A DNA stretch of 64,000 nucleotides from an uncultured Solirubrobacterales bacterium (GCA_963702875.1 OY969768.1:875876-939875), one strand, 5' to 3'. Shown: positions 37,565 through 47,011, counted from the stretch's first letter. Numbers and translations are program-made. The notes: generated by a model not told the origin, from the letters alone.

Positions 37565-37760
37565 GTCCTCGGAGCGCTCCCGCCGCTTGGCCTGATGGCG
37601 GCGTGCGCGGGGATCCCGACCACAGAGTCACGCACAGCACCAATCTCCCCGTGGTCGCTGCCGGGCTGGAGGACGCATTGGGCGTACCTCCGCGTACCTC
37701 CTCGCAACCCGGCTGGGCCGGTTCGGATCGAGCGGCTGTCTCGCGCGATCGCGCGAGGAT

Positions 37761-38240
37761 CTAGCGCCTGCGATCGCGTCGCCGCTCCCGCCGCCTCACC
37801 CCGCATACAGATACGGGCGAGAGCGGCCGGCCGAACGGGTCGATGAACAGTGTGACGGGCCCCGTCTCCGCCGGAACCGTGCCCTCGAGAGTCTCGATGG
37901 AGTAGGAGAGCTGGCCTCTCTCAAGACGCGGTTGCCGGATCACGACGACCGCGTCTTCGGGTGCTTTATCGCCGGGCTCGAGGAACGCCAGCACCGCGTT
38001 GGGCGGGTCTTCCTCGAAGCTGTTGTCCCCTTCGGCCCAGAGGTCGACGAAGTCCAAGGTGGTCATGTGTCCCACAACCCGTTTTGGGCGATCGGAGAAG
38101 TAGAGCGTCGATGGTGTGACCTCCCTCAGCGTCAGGGTCGTACCGTCGCTCGTCATGGCGTTCGCGGTCTGCACGAACATCGACTGCTCGGCCTGAAGCT
38201 GGTCAATCATCCGCTCGTCGGTCATCTGCTCGTCGCTCAT
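37761..38240 (-). CDS. Hypothetical protein
   Basis: 159-aa acidic ORF with coding-like composition (LYFSDRPKRVVGHMTTLDFVDLW); I recognise no family. Confidence 0.5.
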   Translation of the reverse strand: MSDEQMTDERMIDQLQAEQSMFVQTANAMTSDGTTLTLREVTPSTLYFSDRPKRVVGHMTTLDFVDLWAEGDNSFEEDPPNAVLAFLEPGDKAPEDAVVVIRQPRLERGQLSYSIETLEGTVPAETGPVTLFIDPFGRPLSPVSVCGVRRRERRRDRRR

Positions 38241-38349
38241 TTCAACCTTCCTTTGTCGTCTTCGGAGCCTGTGCGACCGCCATCCGACGCCGGTTACCCG
38301 AGCGATGGGGGCTCAAGCAACCGACGTTACCTGGCGGCACGGTGCGACC

Positions 38350-38526
38350 CTATGCAACCCCAGCGGCACGTGGAGTCGGGCCGATCAACGCGCCAATGAT
38401 CCAGAGGAACGGGAAGAAGAATCCGATCCAGAACATCCAGTAGTGCCCTTTGCGGAACGTTGTTAGCCCGAAATAGAGCCAGCATGCCACGTAGATGATG
38501 CCCAACAGAATCCAGAGGAATGTCAT
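38350..38526 (-). CDS. Small two-TM membrane protein (58 aa), below the ORF-track length cut-off
   Basis: MTFLWILLGIIYVACWLYFGLTTFRKGHYWMFWIGFFFPFLWIIGALIGPTPRAAGVA; locally lower GC. Confidence 0.45.
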   Translation of the reverse strand: MTFLWILLGIIYVACWLYFGLTTFRKGHYWMFWIGFFFPFLWIIGALIGPTPRAAGVA

Positions 38527-38777
38527 TTAGTCCACCGCCTTCGAGATAGGTCCCCGGGGCCGTCACTATCCCCGCGTTCTTCGTGTATGTGCCTTCCCCG
38601 CCAAGACTCCCACCCCGCGATCGTTATATGCAGCGTGTGAACCGGCGGTGTGACTCAGTAGTTCTCCGCCGGTGACGGTCCGCCGACCTGACCGCAGCTC
38701 AAACGTTCCCAGGTATCCAGTGCGCGCCCAATCCACCTCCACTGTCCGACCTCGAATCGTGGAGGGGCCACAGACCG

Positions 38778-39467
38778 GCGCGCTGGCGAGAGCGGGCTGC
38801 TGCTAGGCGGGTAGCGCGTTGAGTTCCTTGGCGAGCTCCTTGCCGTCAGCGTCGATCTCCTTCTCCTGGGTCTTCTCAGCATGCGTCAGCGCCTTATCGA
38901 GCTGCTCCTGCAAGCGCGACTCACCGATCACGACCAGCGCCGCCTGGCCGGTATCGAGATAGTCGCCAAGCTCCTTAGCATCGCTACGCGACATACCACC
39001 CATCACATGCCCGATCCCCCCACCCGCCGCCGCACCAACCACAGCCGCACCGAGGATCGCCGGCGGGAACACGATCCCCACCAACGCGCCAACCGCCGCA
39101 CCCGTCCACGCGCCATGCTGCGTCGGCTTCTCGTGCTTGGTCACATGCACCTTACCGTCGTCGTCCTTGTACACCAACGCGACGTCATACGTGCCCACCA
39201 GATCAGCCGAATGCAGATCCAGCAACGTGTCGTAATCAGCATCAGCATCATCACGACCCGCATACACCGCCGCATACACAAACACAGGATTGTCCTTACT
39301 CATCGCCCTGCTCCTTTCCAATCATCCAAACCACAACAGCCACCACGGCAGCAGACAACACCCCGCTCGGGCCCAAACCTTCCCCGACGATGCCGCCACC
39401 GCCGCTACCAACAACCCTACGACCCCAAACCCCACCCCGCATCAGCCAAAAAGGATGAACCACACAC
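38778..39467. repeat. Copy B of the perfect 690-bp direct repeat
   Basis: See 30040..30729. Confidence 0.9.
38803..39303 (-). CDS. DUF1269-like glycine-zipper membrane protein (copy B, identical to copy A)
   Basis: The 172-aa ORF-track translation is identical to that of 30065..30583. Confidence 0.65.
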   Translation of the reverse strand: MSKDNPVFVYAAVYAGRDDADADYDTLLDLHSADLVGTYDVALVYKDDDGKVHVTKHEKPTQHGAWTGAAVGALVGIVFPPAILGAAVVGAAAGGGIGHVMGGMSRSDAKELGDYLDTGQAALVVIGESRLQEQLDKALTHAEKTQEKEIDADGKELAKELNALPA

Positions 39468-40136
39468 CCCAAAAGCTGGAGGCGTGAAGGAGCAGTCGGT
39501 CAACCGCGATCAGTTGTCGGGCTCCGAGGCACTGGACGAGTCGCGGGAGTTCTGCTTCTCGGCGCGACGAACATAACGGCCGCGCCGGGCCCAGTCTCGC
39601 AATCCGCGAGAAGGTCGGCCCTTCTCGGAGCGTATTGCTCGCGCTCTCGCTGGCGGCGCCATGGGGTGGCAGTGATCACTGCAGAAGCGAGCAGCAGGCA
39701 TCGTGGCCGGCTGAGGATCATTCCAACGATAAGGTCGCGAAGAGGCTCGGATCGCGACGACGCCGGCGGTGAACTGAGGTTCATGAACCACCCGCCGTCG
39801 GGTCCGATGAGCAGCGCACCCACGAGATCCCCACCCAGGCCGGACCGGGCGCGGCCAGTGTGCTGGTTGCGATGCAAGGACCAAGAGACGCGGCACGTGG
39901 TCGCCGTGGGATCTCGCCGACTGTGCGAGATATAGCTGGGACGGCTCGACGTCAGACTTCCTCGCCGGCCTGACCCGGGCAGCAAGCACGACTGGGTGCG
40001 CGCCGCTCTCGACAAGCCCACGAGCACCCAGACCTAGATCTCCTCCTGAAAGCTCCGCTCTACGATCGGCCCTGCGCCGCCCCGGACGATCCGGTCTCGC
40101 GAGCCGGCGGTTTCACAAGAAGCTCACAGGATCTGC

Positions 40137-41408
40137 ATGTCGGCCCAGACGAATCCGGGTGCACGCCTCATTGCGGATCGCGTAGGCACACGCCATCATG
40201 GGCGGGTGGCTGCTTCGAGCCCGCGCTCGACTACCGACCGGCCGGTCGGTGATCGCGCTCAGCCGTCATGGGCGCGGTGGAACGATCGTCTCGGTGCGCG
40301 GTACACACTCGGGGTCGAGGAGGAGCTGATGCTGCTCGAGCGATCTGATTGGTCGCTTGCGCAGTCGAGCGACGTGGTGCTCGCGGGGCTTTCGGACGAC
40401 CTGTCTGCGCACACCTCACCGGAGACCCACGCCGCGGTGATCGAGCTCGCCACCGGCATACACCACGACCTCGACGGAGTCGTTGCAGAACTGGCTTCGC
40501 TGCGGAGCCGGCTGTCGGTCGAGCTGGACGCGCTGGGATTGACGGCCGCCGCTGCTGGCACACACCCGCGGACCATGCGCGAGGAGACTGAGGTCTCAGG
40601 CGCGAAGCGCTACCGAGCGCTCGACGACTCGCTGCGCGTCCTGGCACGGCGCGAGCCGACGATGGCCCTCCATGTTCACGTGGGTGTGCCGGTCGCCGAG
40701 GACGCGATTCGCGTTTTCAATGGTTTGCGACCCCGGATCCCGGTTCTGCTCGCCTTGTCGGGCAACTCGCCCTTCTGGCAGGGGCGCGATAGCGGTTTCG
40801 CGTCAGCCCGTACGCTGATCTTCCAGGCGTTCCCTCGGGCAGGCCTGCCACGAGCGTTTGCCGACTACGCTGACTACAGCCAAGCGGTCGACGGGCTGAT
40901 CGCCCCGGGAGCGATACCCGATCCGAGCTTTTTGTGGTGGGACGTGAGGCTGCAGCCCGCGCTCGGGACCGTCGAGGTGCGGGTAATGGACGCTCAGTCG
41001 ACGATCCGGGAGGTCGCGCCACTGGTCGCGCTGATCCAGTCGCTCGCCCACCTCGCGCTCGAGGGAGACGCCTCATCGGCGATGCCTGGTGCGGAGGTTC
41101 TCGCCGAGAACCGCTTCTTAGCTGCCCGCGACGGGATGGATGCCCGGCTGATCGACCCGGTTGCCCGATCCTTGATCCCCGTGCGAGAAACGCTCGAAGC
41201 GCTGCTGACCGACTGCCGCCCGCATGCCGTCGCGCTCGGCTGTGACCAGGCGCTGGACCGTGTCCGATGGCTGGCGGCCGCTACCGGTGCCGATCGCCAG
41301 CGTGCGTTCGCCGCCGAACGCGGAAGTCTCGACGATCTGGTCGCAAGGCTCGCTGGCCGATTTCTCGCGCCAAGCGAGCCCTCCGTACGGTCAGAGCAAA
41401 GCAAGTGA
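40137..41408 (+). CDS. Carboxylate-amine ligase, YbdK / glutamate-cysteine ligase family 2
   Basis: YTLGVEEELMLL..., HVHVGV..., NSPFWQGRDSGFASARTLIFQAFPRAG. The start is uncertain and probably downstream of 40137. Confidence 0.75.
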   Translation: MSAQTNPGARLIADRVGTRHHGRVAASSPRSTTDRPVGDRAQPSWARWNDRLGARYTLGVEEELMLLERSDWSLAQSSDVVLAGLSDDLSAHTSPETHAAVIELATGIHHDLDGVVAELASLRSRLSVELDALGLTAAAAGTHPRTMREETEVSGAKRYRALDDSLRVLARREPTMALHVHVGVPVAEDAIRVFNGLRPRIPVLLALSGNSPFWQGRDSGFASARTLIFQAFPRAGLPRAFADYADYSQAVDGLIAPGAIPDPSFLWWDVRLQPALGTVEVRVMDAQSTIREVAPLVALIQSLAHLALEGDASSAMPGAEVLAENRFLAARDGMDARLIDPVARSLIPVRETLEALLTDCRPHAVALGCDQALDRVRWLAAATGADRQRAFAAERGSLDDLVARLAGRFLAPSEPSVRSEQSK

Positions 41409-41441
41409 AGAAATATGGACTCCGACAGAAAGGAGCGGCAT

Positions 41442-42296
41442 ATGTGCCGCTGGCTCGCATACTCCGGCTCTCCGATCCTGATGAAAGACGTGCTCTACGC
41501 GGGGACCAACTCGCTCGTTGACCAGAGCCTGCACTCGCGGCTTGGAGCCGAGCCCACGAACGGCGACGGGTTCGGCGTCGGCTGGTACGGCGTTCCGGAC
41601 ACGCCGGGCATGTTTCACAGCACCGAGCCGGCCTGGAATGACCAGAACCTCCGCGAGCTCTCCGGTCATATCAGCTCGCCGCTGTTCTTCACCCACATCC
41701 GGGCGGCGATCGGCAGCGCCGTGCAGCAGACCAACTGCCACCCCTTCCGCCACGACCGCTGGCTGTTCATGCACAACGGCTACATCAACGAGTTCGCCAC
41801 GATCAAACGCGACCTCATCCTCGCCGTCGACCCGTCGCTGTATCCGGAGATCAAAGGCCAGGCCGACACCGAGGTCCTGTTCTACCTAGCCCTGACCTTC
41901 GGTTTAGAAGACGACCCTCCGGCTGCCGTCGAGCAGGCGATCGGACTCGTCGAAGCGGTGGCTGAGCGCCACGGAGTCCCGCATCCATTTCAGGGCACCG
42001 TTGCGACCACCGACGGCGACAGCATCTGGGCGTTCCGCTACTCCAGCGAGCGAAACTCGCGCACTCTGTTCTACACCACTGACCTCCCGACGCTGCGGCG
42101 CCTCCAGCCCGACCGGGAGTTGCTCAAGGAATTCTCAGATGACGCGCGGCTGATCGTCTCCGAACCGCTCGGTGACGTCGCCGGTGTCTGGAACGAGGTA
42201 CCCGAATCCACATGCTGCATCGTCAGACAAGACCAGGCGGACCTCCGGCAATTTCGACCCAAAGCGCCGTCGACCTCGGTACCCGCCGTCGCGTGA
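41442..42296 (+). CDS. Class II (Ntn) glutamine amidotransferase
   Basis: The MC start (MCRWLAYSGSPILM) provides the Cys2 nucleophile. Contains TNGDGFGVGWY and NCHPFRHDRWLFMHNG. Confidence 0.75.
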   Translation: MCRWLAYSGSPILMKDVLYAGTNSLVDQSLHSRLGAEPTNGDGFGVGWYGVPDTPGMFHSTEPAWNDQNLRELSGHISSPLFFTHIRAAIGSAVQQTNCHPFRHDRWLFMHNGYINEFATIKRDLILAVDPSLYPEIKGQADTEVLFYLALTFGLEDDPPAAVEQAIGLVEAVAERHGVPHPFQGTVATTDGDSIWAFRYSSERNSRTLFYTTDLPTLRRLQPDRELLKEFSDDARLIVSEPLGDVAGVWNEVPESTCCIVRQDQADLRQFRPKAPSTSVPAVA

Positions 42297-42485
42297 GCTA
42301 CGCGCTGCCGGCCCATCCGGCCCGGGAGTCGGACCAACGGTGATGACTCGCCCTCTGCCGATCCGGCGAGCATCTCATGCAGATCGGGTGATGTCTCGTG
42401 CGCTCGGGTTGTTGACGATTCAACGGCAATCTCGCCGCGTGGACCAAGCGGCTGTTCCCAAGCAAGAAGACTGAAAGGAAGTCAG

Positions 42486-42863
42486 ATGAAAGGCGCAGGC
42501 AGGATGTTGTTCGTCGCGGCGCTATTGCTGATCGCGGGCACACTCAACATCATTTACGGCATCGCTGCGGTGGGCAACGCTCACTTCTTCGATGGCACGC
42601 AATACGTGTTCTCAAGCCTCCACACGTGGGGCTGGATCACGATCATCATTGGCATCATCCAGCTGACCGCGGGGTTCTCGCTGTTCGGTGGCGGAGCGTA
42701 CGGGCGGATAATCGGGATCATCGCCGCGAGCATCGGCGCCCTCGAGTCGCTGCTGTCTATCGGCGGGACACACCCGTGGTGGTCACTGGCCATCTTCGCG
42801 CTGTGCGTGTACATCCTGCACGGCCTGATCATCTACGGCGAGGAAGATCCAACGCAAACCTAG
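42486..42863 (+). CDS. Four-TM small membrane protein (HdeD/DUF308-like or DUF7144-like)
   Basis: 125 aa; GGAAAGGAAG lies before the ATG; hydrophobic repeats WGWITIIIGIIQLTAGFSLF and WWSLAIFALCVYILHG. Confidence 0.5.
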   Translation: MKGAGRMLFVAALLLIAGTLNIIYGIAAVGNAHFFDGTQYVFSSLHTWGWITIIIGIIQLTAGFSLFGGGAYGRIIGIIAASIGALESLLSIGGTHPWWSLAIFALCVYILHGLIIYGEEDPTQT

Positions 42864-42962
42864 CCGTATCGACGATGTCTCCTGAGGCGGTGTCAGGCGA
42901 GCAGCTCTATCAGGGCCTTGCCTGACAGCGGGCGCTGACGTCGTGAGTCGCCTCTGTCCCGC

Positions 42963-43712
42963 TTACGGGGCGGTGCCGGCGGGCCTAGGTCGCCTCTTGG
43001 CAGCGGCATGCGCGGTGGGCTGGGCGCGTACTCCTCCGGCGTCTGGGAGGGCGTCCAGCTCGGCTGCCAGTGCAGCGACGAGCGGAGAACCGGGGAGGCG
43101 CTCCTCAAGCATCGTGAGTGAAAGTCGGTAGTGCTTCAGCGTTCTGCTGCGGACCTTGATTCCCGAGCCGTCGCCGAGGCGAAGCTCGCGTAACTTTGAA
43201 ACCTTGTCGGCCGCGAACACGGTCAGCGCTTCGTCGCCGGCGCTGGCGACCTGCTCGCGCAGCGCGGCCTTGCGACGCGCGTAGCCGGGGATCCCCGGAT
43301 CGTGGCTGACCGCGCATACGATGTCGCCAACTCGGCGTCCGAACCGCGCGTAGATGTCGTACTCGGTCGTGTTGGTCTTCTCAAGCACGTCGTGCAACAC
43401 GCCCGCAGCGATCACCTCGTCGGCTGCTCGGGACTCGTAGAGCAACACCCCAACCTCGATCGGATGCACGATGAACGGCGCGCCGTCGACCGCACGATGC
43501 TGCCCCTGATGCAGCGCCTCGGCATACGCGAGCGCCGCCTGCGTCCTCGGCAGTCGCGCAGCAAACTCCGGGAGCCGATCCGCGCTGATCAAGGTTGGGA
43601 ACCATAACCACTCCGCAAACTGCGAGCAAATCCTCGCTCGCCGGGCTTGACGCGCGCCCGCGTCGATGTCTGGGGCGGCTTGGCAATCCCGCGCGATTCG
43701 CGCTGCCCACAT
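42963..43712 (-). CDS. Second HD-domain protein resembling the SpoT/RelA hydrolase domain
   Basis: YAEALHQGQHRAVDGAPFIVHPIEVGVLL...EVIAAGVLHDVLEKTNTT...RFGRRVGDIVCAVSHD. Start uncertain. Confidence 0.6.
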   Translation of the reverse strand: MWAARIARDCQAAPDIDAGARQARRARICSQFAEWLWFPTLISADRLPEFAARLPRTQAALAYAEALHQGQHRAVDGAPFIVHPIEVGVLLYESRAADEVIAAGVLHDVLEKTNTTEYDIYARFGRRVGDIVCAVSHDPGIPGYARRKAALREQVASAGDEALTVFAADKVSKLRELRLGDGSGIKVRSRTLKHYRLSLTMLEERLPGSPLVAALAAELDALPDAGGVRAQPTAHAAAKRRPRPAGTAP

Positions 43713-43911
43713 CTCGGACGCCGTCGCTCTCCAAGACCCTCACACCGGCATCCGCTCTCCGTGGGAACCTGACCGCGACACCGCCACGACGCTGGCGATC
43801 AGGACGCGAGCACAGCGGTCATCAATCGACGAGAGGAGGGTTGTGATGTTCGTCCACCTGGCCGCCGTCACTGGCCCCGCCGGCGGCGATGTCGCTCCTG
43901 CTGTGACGGCA

Positions 43912-45670
43912 TCAGGGGCGCTCGACACCGCCGTCTGACTCGCCTCTGCTGCCCGATAGCAGCTTGCTCTCGTCTCGGTCCACTAGTTGCGCTTCGATCG
44001 CTCGATCGACGTTGCCGTGGATGTGGTCGACGCCGATTCGCTGGACCAGGCCGTCAGCCTGCAGCACCTTGAGCACGTTTGGTTTTAGGCGGGCTAGCCG
44101 CAGCGTGACGCCGTTGGTCTGGGCCGCGTCGGTGATTTCGGACAGTTTCGCCGCGCCCTGCGAGTCGACGAAATCGACCCCCTCCAGATCGAGCACGAGC
44201 GCGTCTGGCTGCCGCGCCTGATCGATCAGCTCGCGGACCCGTTCATCGAGCGCCTCCGCCGTAGCGAAGAACAAGCCGCCGTCGAGACGCAGCACCGCGA
44301 TCCCGGGGAACGTCTCGTCGCCGGGGTTCTCCTCGAGATCGCGGAACACCTGCGTCCCGGCCTCGCGACCTAGCACTGGCATCGGAGGCCGCGTGGCGAC
44401 GTAGATCAACCACCCCAGCGAAAGCACAACGCCGATCACGACACCCGCCAGCACGCCGGCTGACAGCACGCCCACGATCGCGGCGATCGCGACCCAGAAG
44501 TCAAACCGGGTCACGCCGTACAGACGACGCAGCTCGGCGAGATCGATCATCCCGAACACCACGGCGTCGATGATCACCGCTCCCAAGACCGCCTTCGGAA
44601 GATGCGAGAACAGGGGCGCGAGCACAATCAGCGTCGCGATCACGAGCGCGCCCGTCGTCAGCGACGCGACCGGGGTGCGCGCCCCCGCAGACTCGTTCAG
44701 CGAGCTGGCAGACAGGCTGGTCGATACCGGCATCCCCTGGAACACGCCGGCGCCGAGGTTCGCCATCCCCTGCGCGACGGACTCCTGGTTGACGTCGATG
44801 CGGTAGCGATGGCGAGTCGCAAACGCTCGCGCATCGCCCGCCGTTTGCGAAAAGCCGATCAGCAGCAAGGCGAACGCGGCGATCAGAATCGTCGCGTAAT
44901 GCTGGCGCATGAGCGTCAGATCCGGCAGCTGCGGTGCGGGGAGCCCGCGCGGCACGTGACCGACGAGCGCGACCCCGTGCGCTCCGAGGTCAAAGGCTGC
45001 CGAGGCCAACAGCCCGCCAACGACCAGGACGAGCGCGCCCGGGATTGCCGGCGCCAGGAATCGCAGACCGATGATCACCGAGCGAAATCACCGCCACGAG
45101 CACCGTCGTCCAATGCACATCACCGAGCGATGACACCCAGGTCGCGAGCTCTCGCCACGCGCTGTCCCCCTCCGAGGAGGTGCCAGTCAGCTTCGGCAAC
45201 TCCCCGATCACGACGTCGACGGCCGCTCCGGCGAGGAATCCCGTAACCACCGCTTTGGACAGAAACCGCGAGATCCACCCCATTCGGAACACCGCCAGCA
45301 AGAGGAACAAGAGCCCGGTCGCGAGCGTAATCGCGGCGACCAGCTGCGCTGCCTGCGGTCCTCCGACGCCGGTGACGAGCACCGCGCCTCCGGCCACCGC
45401 CGCCAGCGATGAGCTCGGCCCCGTCGAGATGTGACGCGAGGTGCAGAAGAGCGCGTAGATGATCGCGCCGGCCGCCGCCGCATAGAGACCGTTCTGGAGG
45501 GGCACGCCCGCGATTCCGGCATAGCCGAGGTTCTTGGGTACAACCAGAGCCGTGACGGCGACGCCCGCCATGAGGTCGCCGCGAAGCCATTTGCACTCGT
45601 ACCGGGGCAGCCAGCCTGCAGCCGGCAGAAAACGGGCCACGCCCCGGCGGTTGGCGTCATTGGTCACCAT
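43912..45670 (-). pseudogene. SulP-family anion permease with a C-terminal STAS domain, interrupted by one frameshift
   Basis: The N-terminal ORF (ATG 45670, ...LPRYECKWLRGDLMAGVAVTALVVPKNLGYAGIAG...) and the C-terminal ORF 43912..45078 (...STAS: IAVLRLDGGLFFATAE...DLEGVDFVDSQG) are in different frames. The junction is near 45075-45090. Confidence 0.75.
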
Positions 45671-46034
45671 GGCTGCTGAGCGGCAGCTCATCGAGCCCCG
45701 CTCGCGACAACTCCACCATTCGACGCGGACGATTAATCGGATCTGGCGACGCATGCGGCTCAGGACGCGACAGCCGGCCCGCTGCTTTCGTCCGGGGCCG
45801 CCACGGTTTTGTGGGTAGGGATGCCCCCGTTATCACCCGGTTTGGGGTATGAAGAGAGCCAGTGGGCGGTCTAGGCTCGCGGTCTGCAGAAACGAACGTG
45901 TCGCTCGGCAGCCCGCTGCCGGAAGAGGACCACGTTGGGCGGTCGCTGTAGCGCCGCATTGCGTAATCGCGCGTGAGTCCTAGCTCGACGGTGGCAACCG
46001 AACTAACGACAAACCACAGCGACTGGAGCGTGCG

Positions 46035-46250
46035 ATGGAGCTGGAACTCAAAGAGAGGAGCACGATGTCGCGCGAGGACGCCGCCGCGCGCCTTCGTGCA
46101 ATCGCAGACGAACTCGCGTCCGGCAACGACATCATCCTTGAGCGAGGTCAGGCCCGGTTCGTCGCGAAGGTACCCGACGAGGTTGCACTGAAGATTGAGT
46201 TCGAGGTGGAGGACGACAAAACCGAGTTCGAGATCGAGTTGACCTGGTAA
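46035..46250 (+). CDS. Amphi-Trp-domain small protein
   Basis: ...MSREDAAARLRAIADELASG...KIEFEVEDDKTEFEIELTW, ending in Trp as is typical for this family. Confidence 0.55.
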   Translation: MELELKERSTMSREDAAARLRAIADELASGNDIILERGQARFVAKVPDEVALKIEFEVEDDKTEFEIELTW

Positions 46251-46394
46251 AGCACGCGGCGCAGTTGCGCCGACCCCTTCGGGATTGCGCGTCTGAGCTC
46301 TCAGTTCTGCTGTTGAGCGAGGGCACATCCCACGCCCGTCGCGTGTCGGTCACGGGAGCTGGGCACGGGGTCCAAGCGGAGATTCCGAGCCGGC

Positions 46395-46898
46395 ATGAAC
46401 CAGCATCTGAAGCGATTCATTCTGGGCGACCGGGATAGGATCTCCGGGACCGTCTACGGGACGATCATCGTGATGTCGGTCCTCGCGGCCGGGGCGAACG
46501 CATACGAACACCACCTGTGGCGGCTGGTTGTCCTGGCGGGCGGGAGCGTGGTCGTGCTGTGGCTCGCGCACGTCTACTCGCACGCCCTTGGGGAGAGCCT
46601 CAGGATCGGACGTCGCGCCACAATCACCGAGCTCTCGTCGCTCGCCCGTCGCGAGTACTCGGTTGTCGGCGCCGCGATTCTCCCGTTGGCCGCCGTTGGG
46701 GGAGGCGCTGCAGGGGTGCTGGCCGAACGAACCGCAGTCCAACTAGCGCTCTGGCTCGGCGTGGTCACGCTCACCGCTCAGGGAATCCGATACGCGCAGT
46801 TGGAGCGCCTCAGTCGCAGCGCTACCGTCGTCACGGTCACGCTGAATCTTGCGATCGGCTTGGCGATCATCGCCCTGGAAGTTCTGGTCGCGCACTAG
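46395..46898 (+). CDS. Hypothetical membrane protein
   Basis: 167 aa with 4-5 hydrophobic helices. Confidence 0.5.
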   Translation: MNQHLKRFILGDRDRISGTVYGTIIVMSVLAAGANAYEHHLWRLVVLAGGSVVVLWLAHVYSHALGESLRIGRRATITELSSLARREYSVVGAAILPLAAVGGGAAGVLAERTAVQLALWLGVVTLTAQGIRYAQLERLSRSATVVTVTLNLAIGLAIIALEVLVAH

Positions 46899-46922
46899 AT
46901 CAGCCTGCGGCTCTTGCCACTG

Positions 46923-46978
46923 GGGTGAGGGCGTTGTGGACGGTATGGTCCATGGAAGTTCGAGTCTTCTCGGGCGCA
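46923..46978 (+). pseudogene. 3-prime fragment of a tRNA-Leu gene (anticodon loop to acceptor end)
   Basis: 49/56 nt identical to 21421..21476 in my hand alignment. The T-arm is intact with a compensatory pair change. No D-arm or 5-prime acceptor strand lies upstream. Confidence 0.7.
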
Positions 46979-46983
46979 CTTCA

Positions 46984-47011
46984 GAAAGCCCCGCACAGAC
47001 AGCGGGGCTTC
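46984..47011 (+). terminator. Hairpin after the tRNA fragment, related to the one after the intact tRNA
   Basis: GAAAGCCCCGC-ACAGACA-GCGGGGCTTC followed by TTCC. Confidence 0.5.

Noticed and set aside
40137-42296. An ergothioneine (egt) biosynthetic cluster.
   Set aside because: Only EgtA-like and EgtC-like families are present. No EgtB (sulfoxide synthase), EgtD (methyltransferase) or EgtE is in the neighbourhood.
46860-46978. Possibility that the second tRNA-like sequence is a complete functional tRNA-Leu.
   Set aside because: The sequence upstream of the anticodon-loop equivalent (GCCTGCGGCTCTTGCCACTGG) cannot form a D-arm or pair with the 3-prime acceptor strand, and it overlaps the end of a protein gene.
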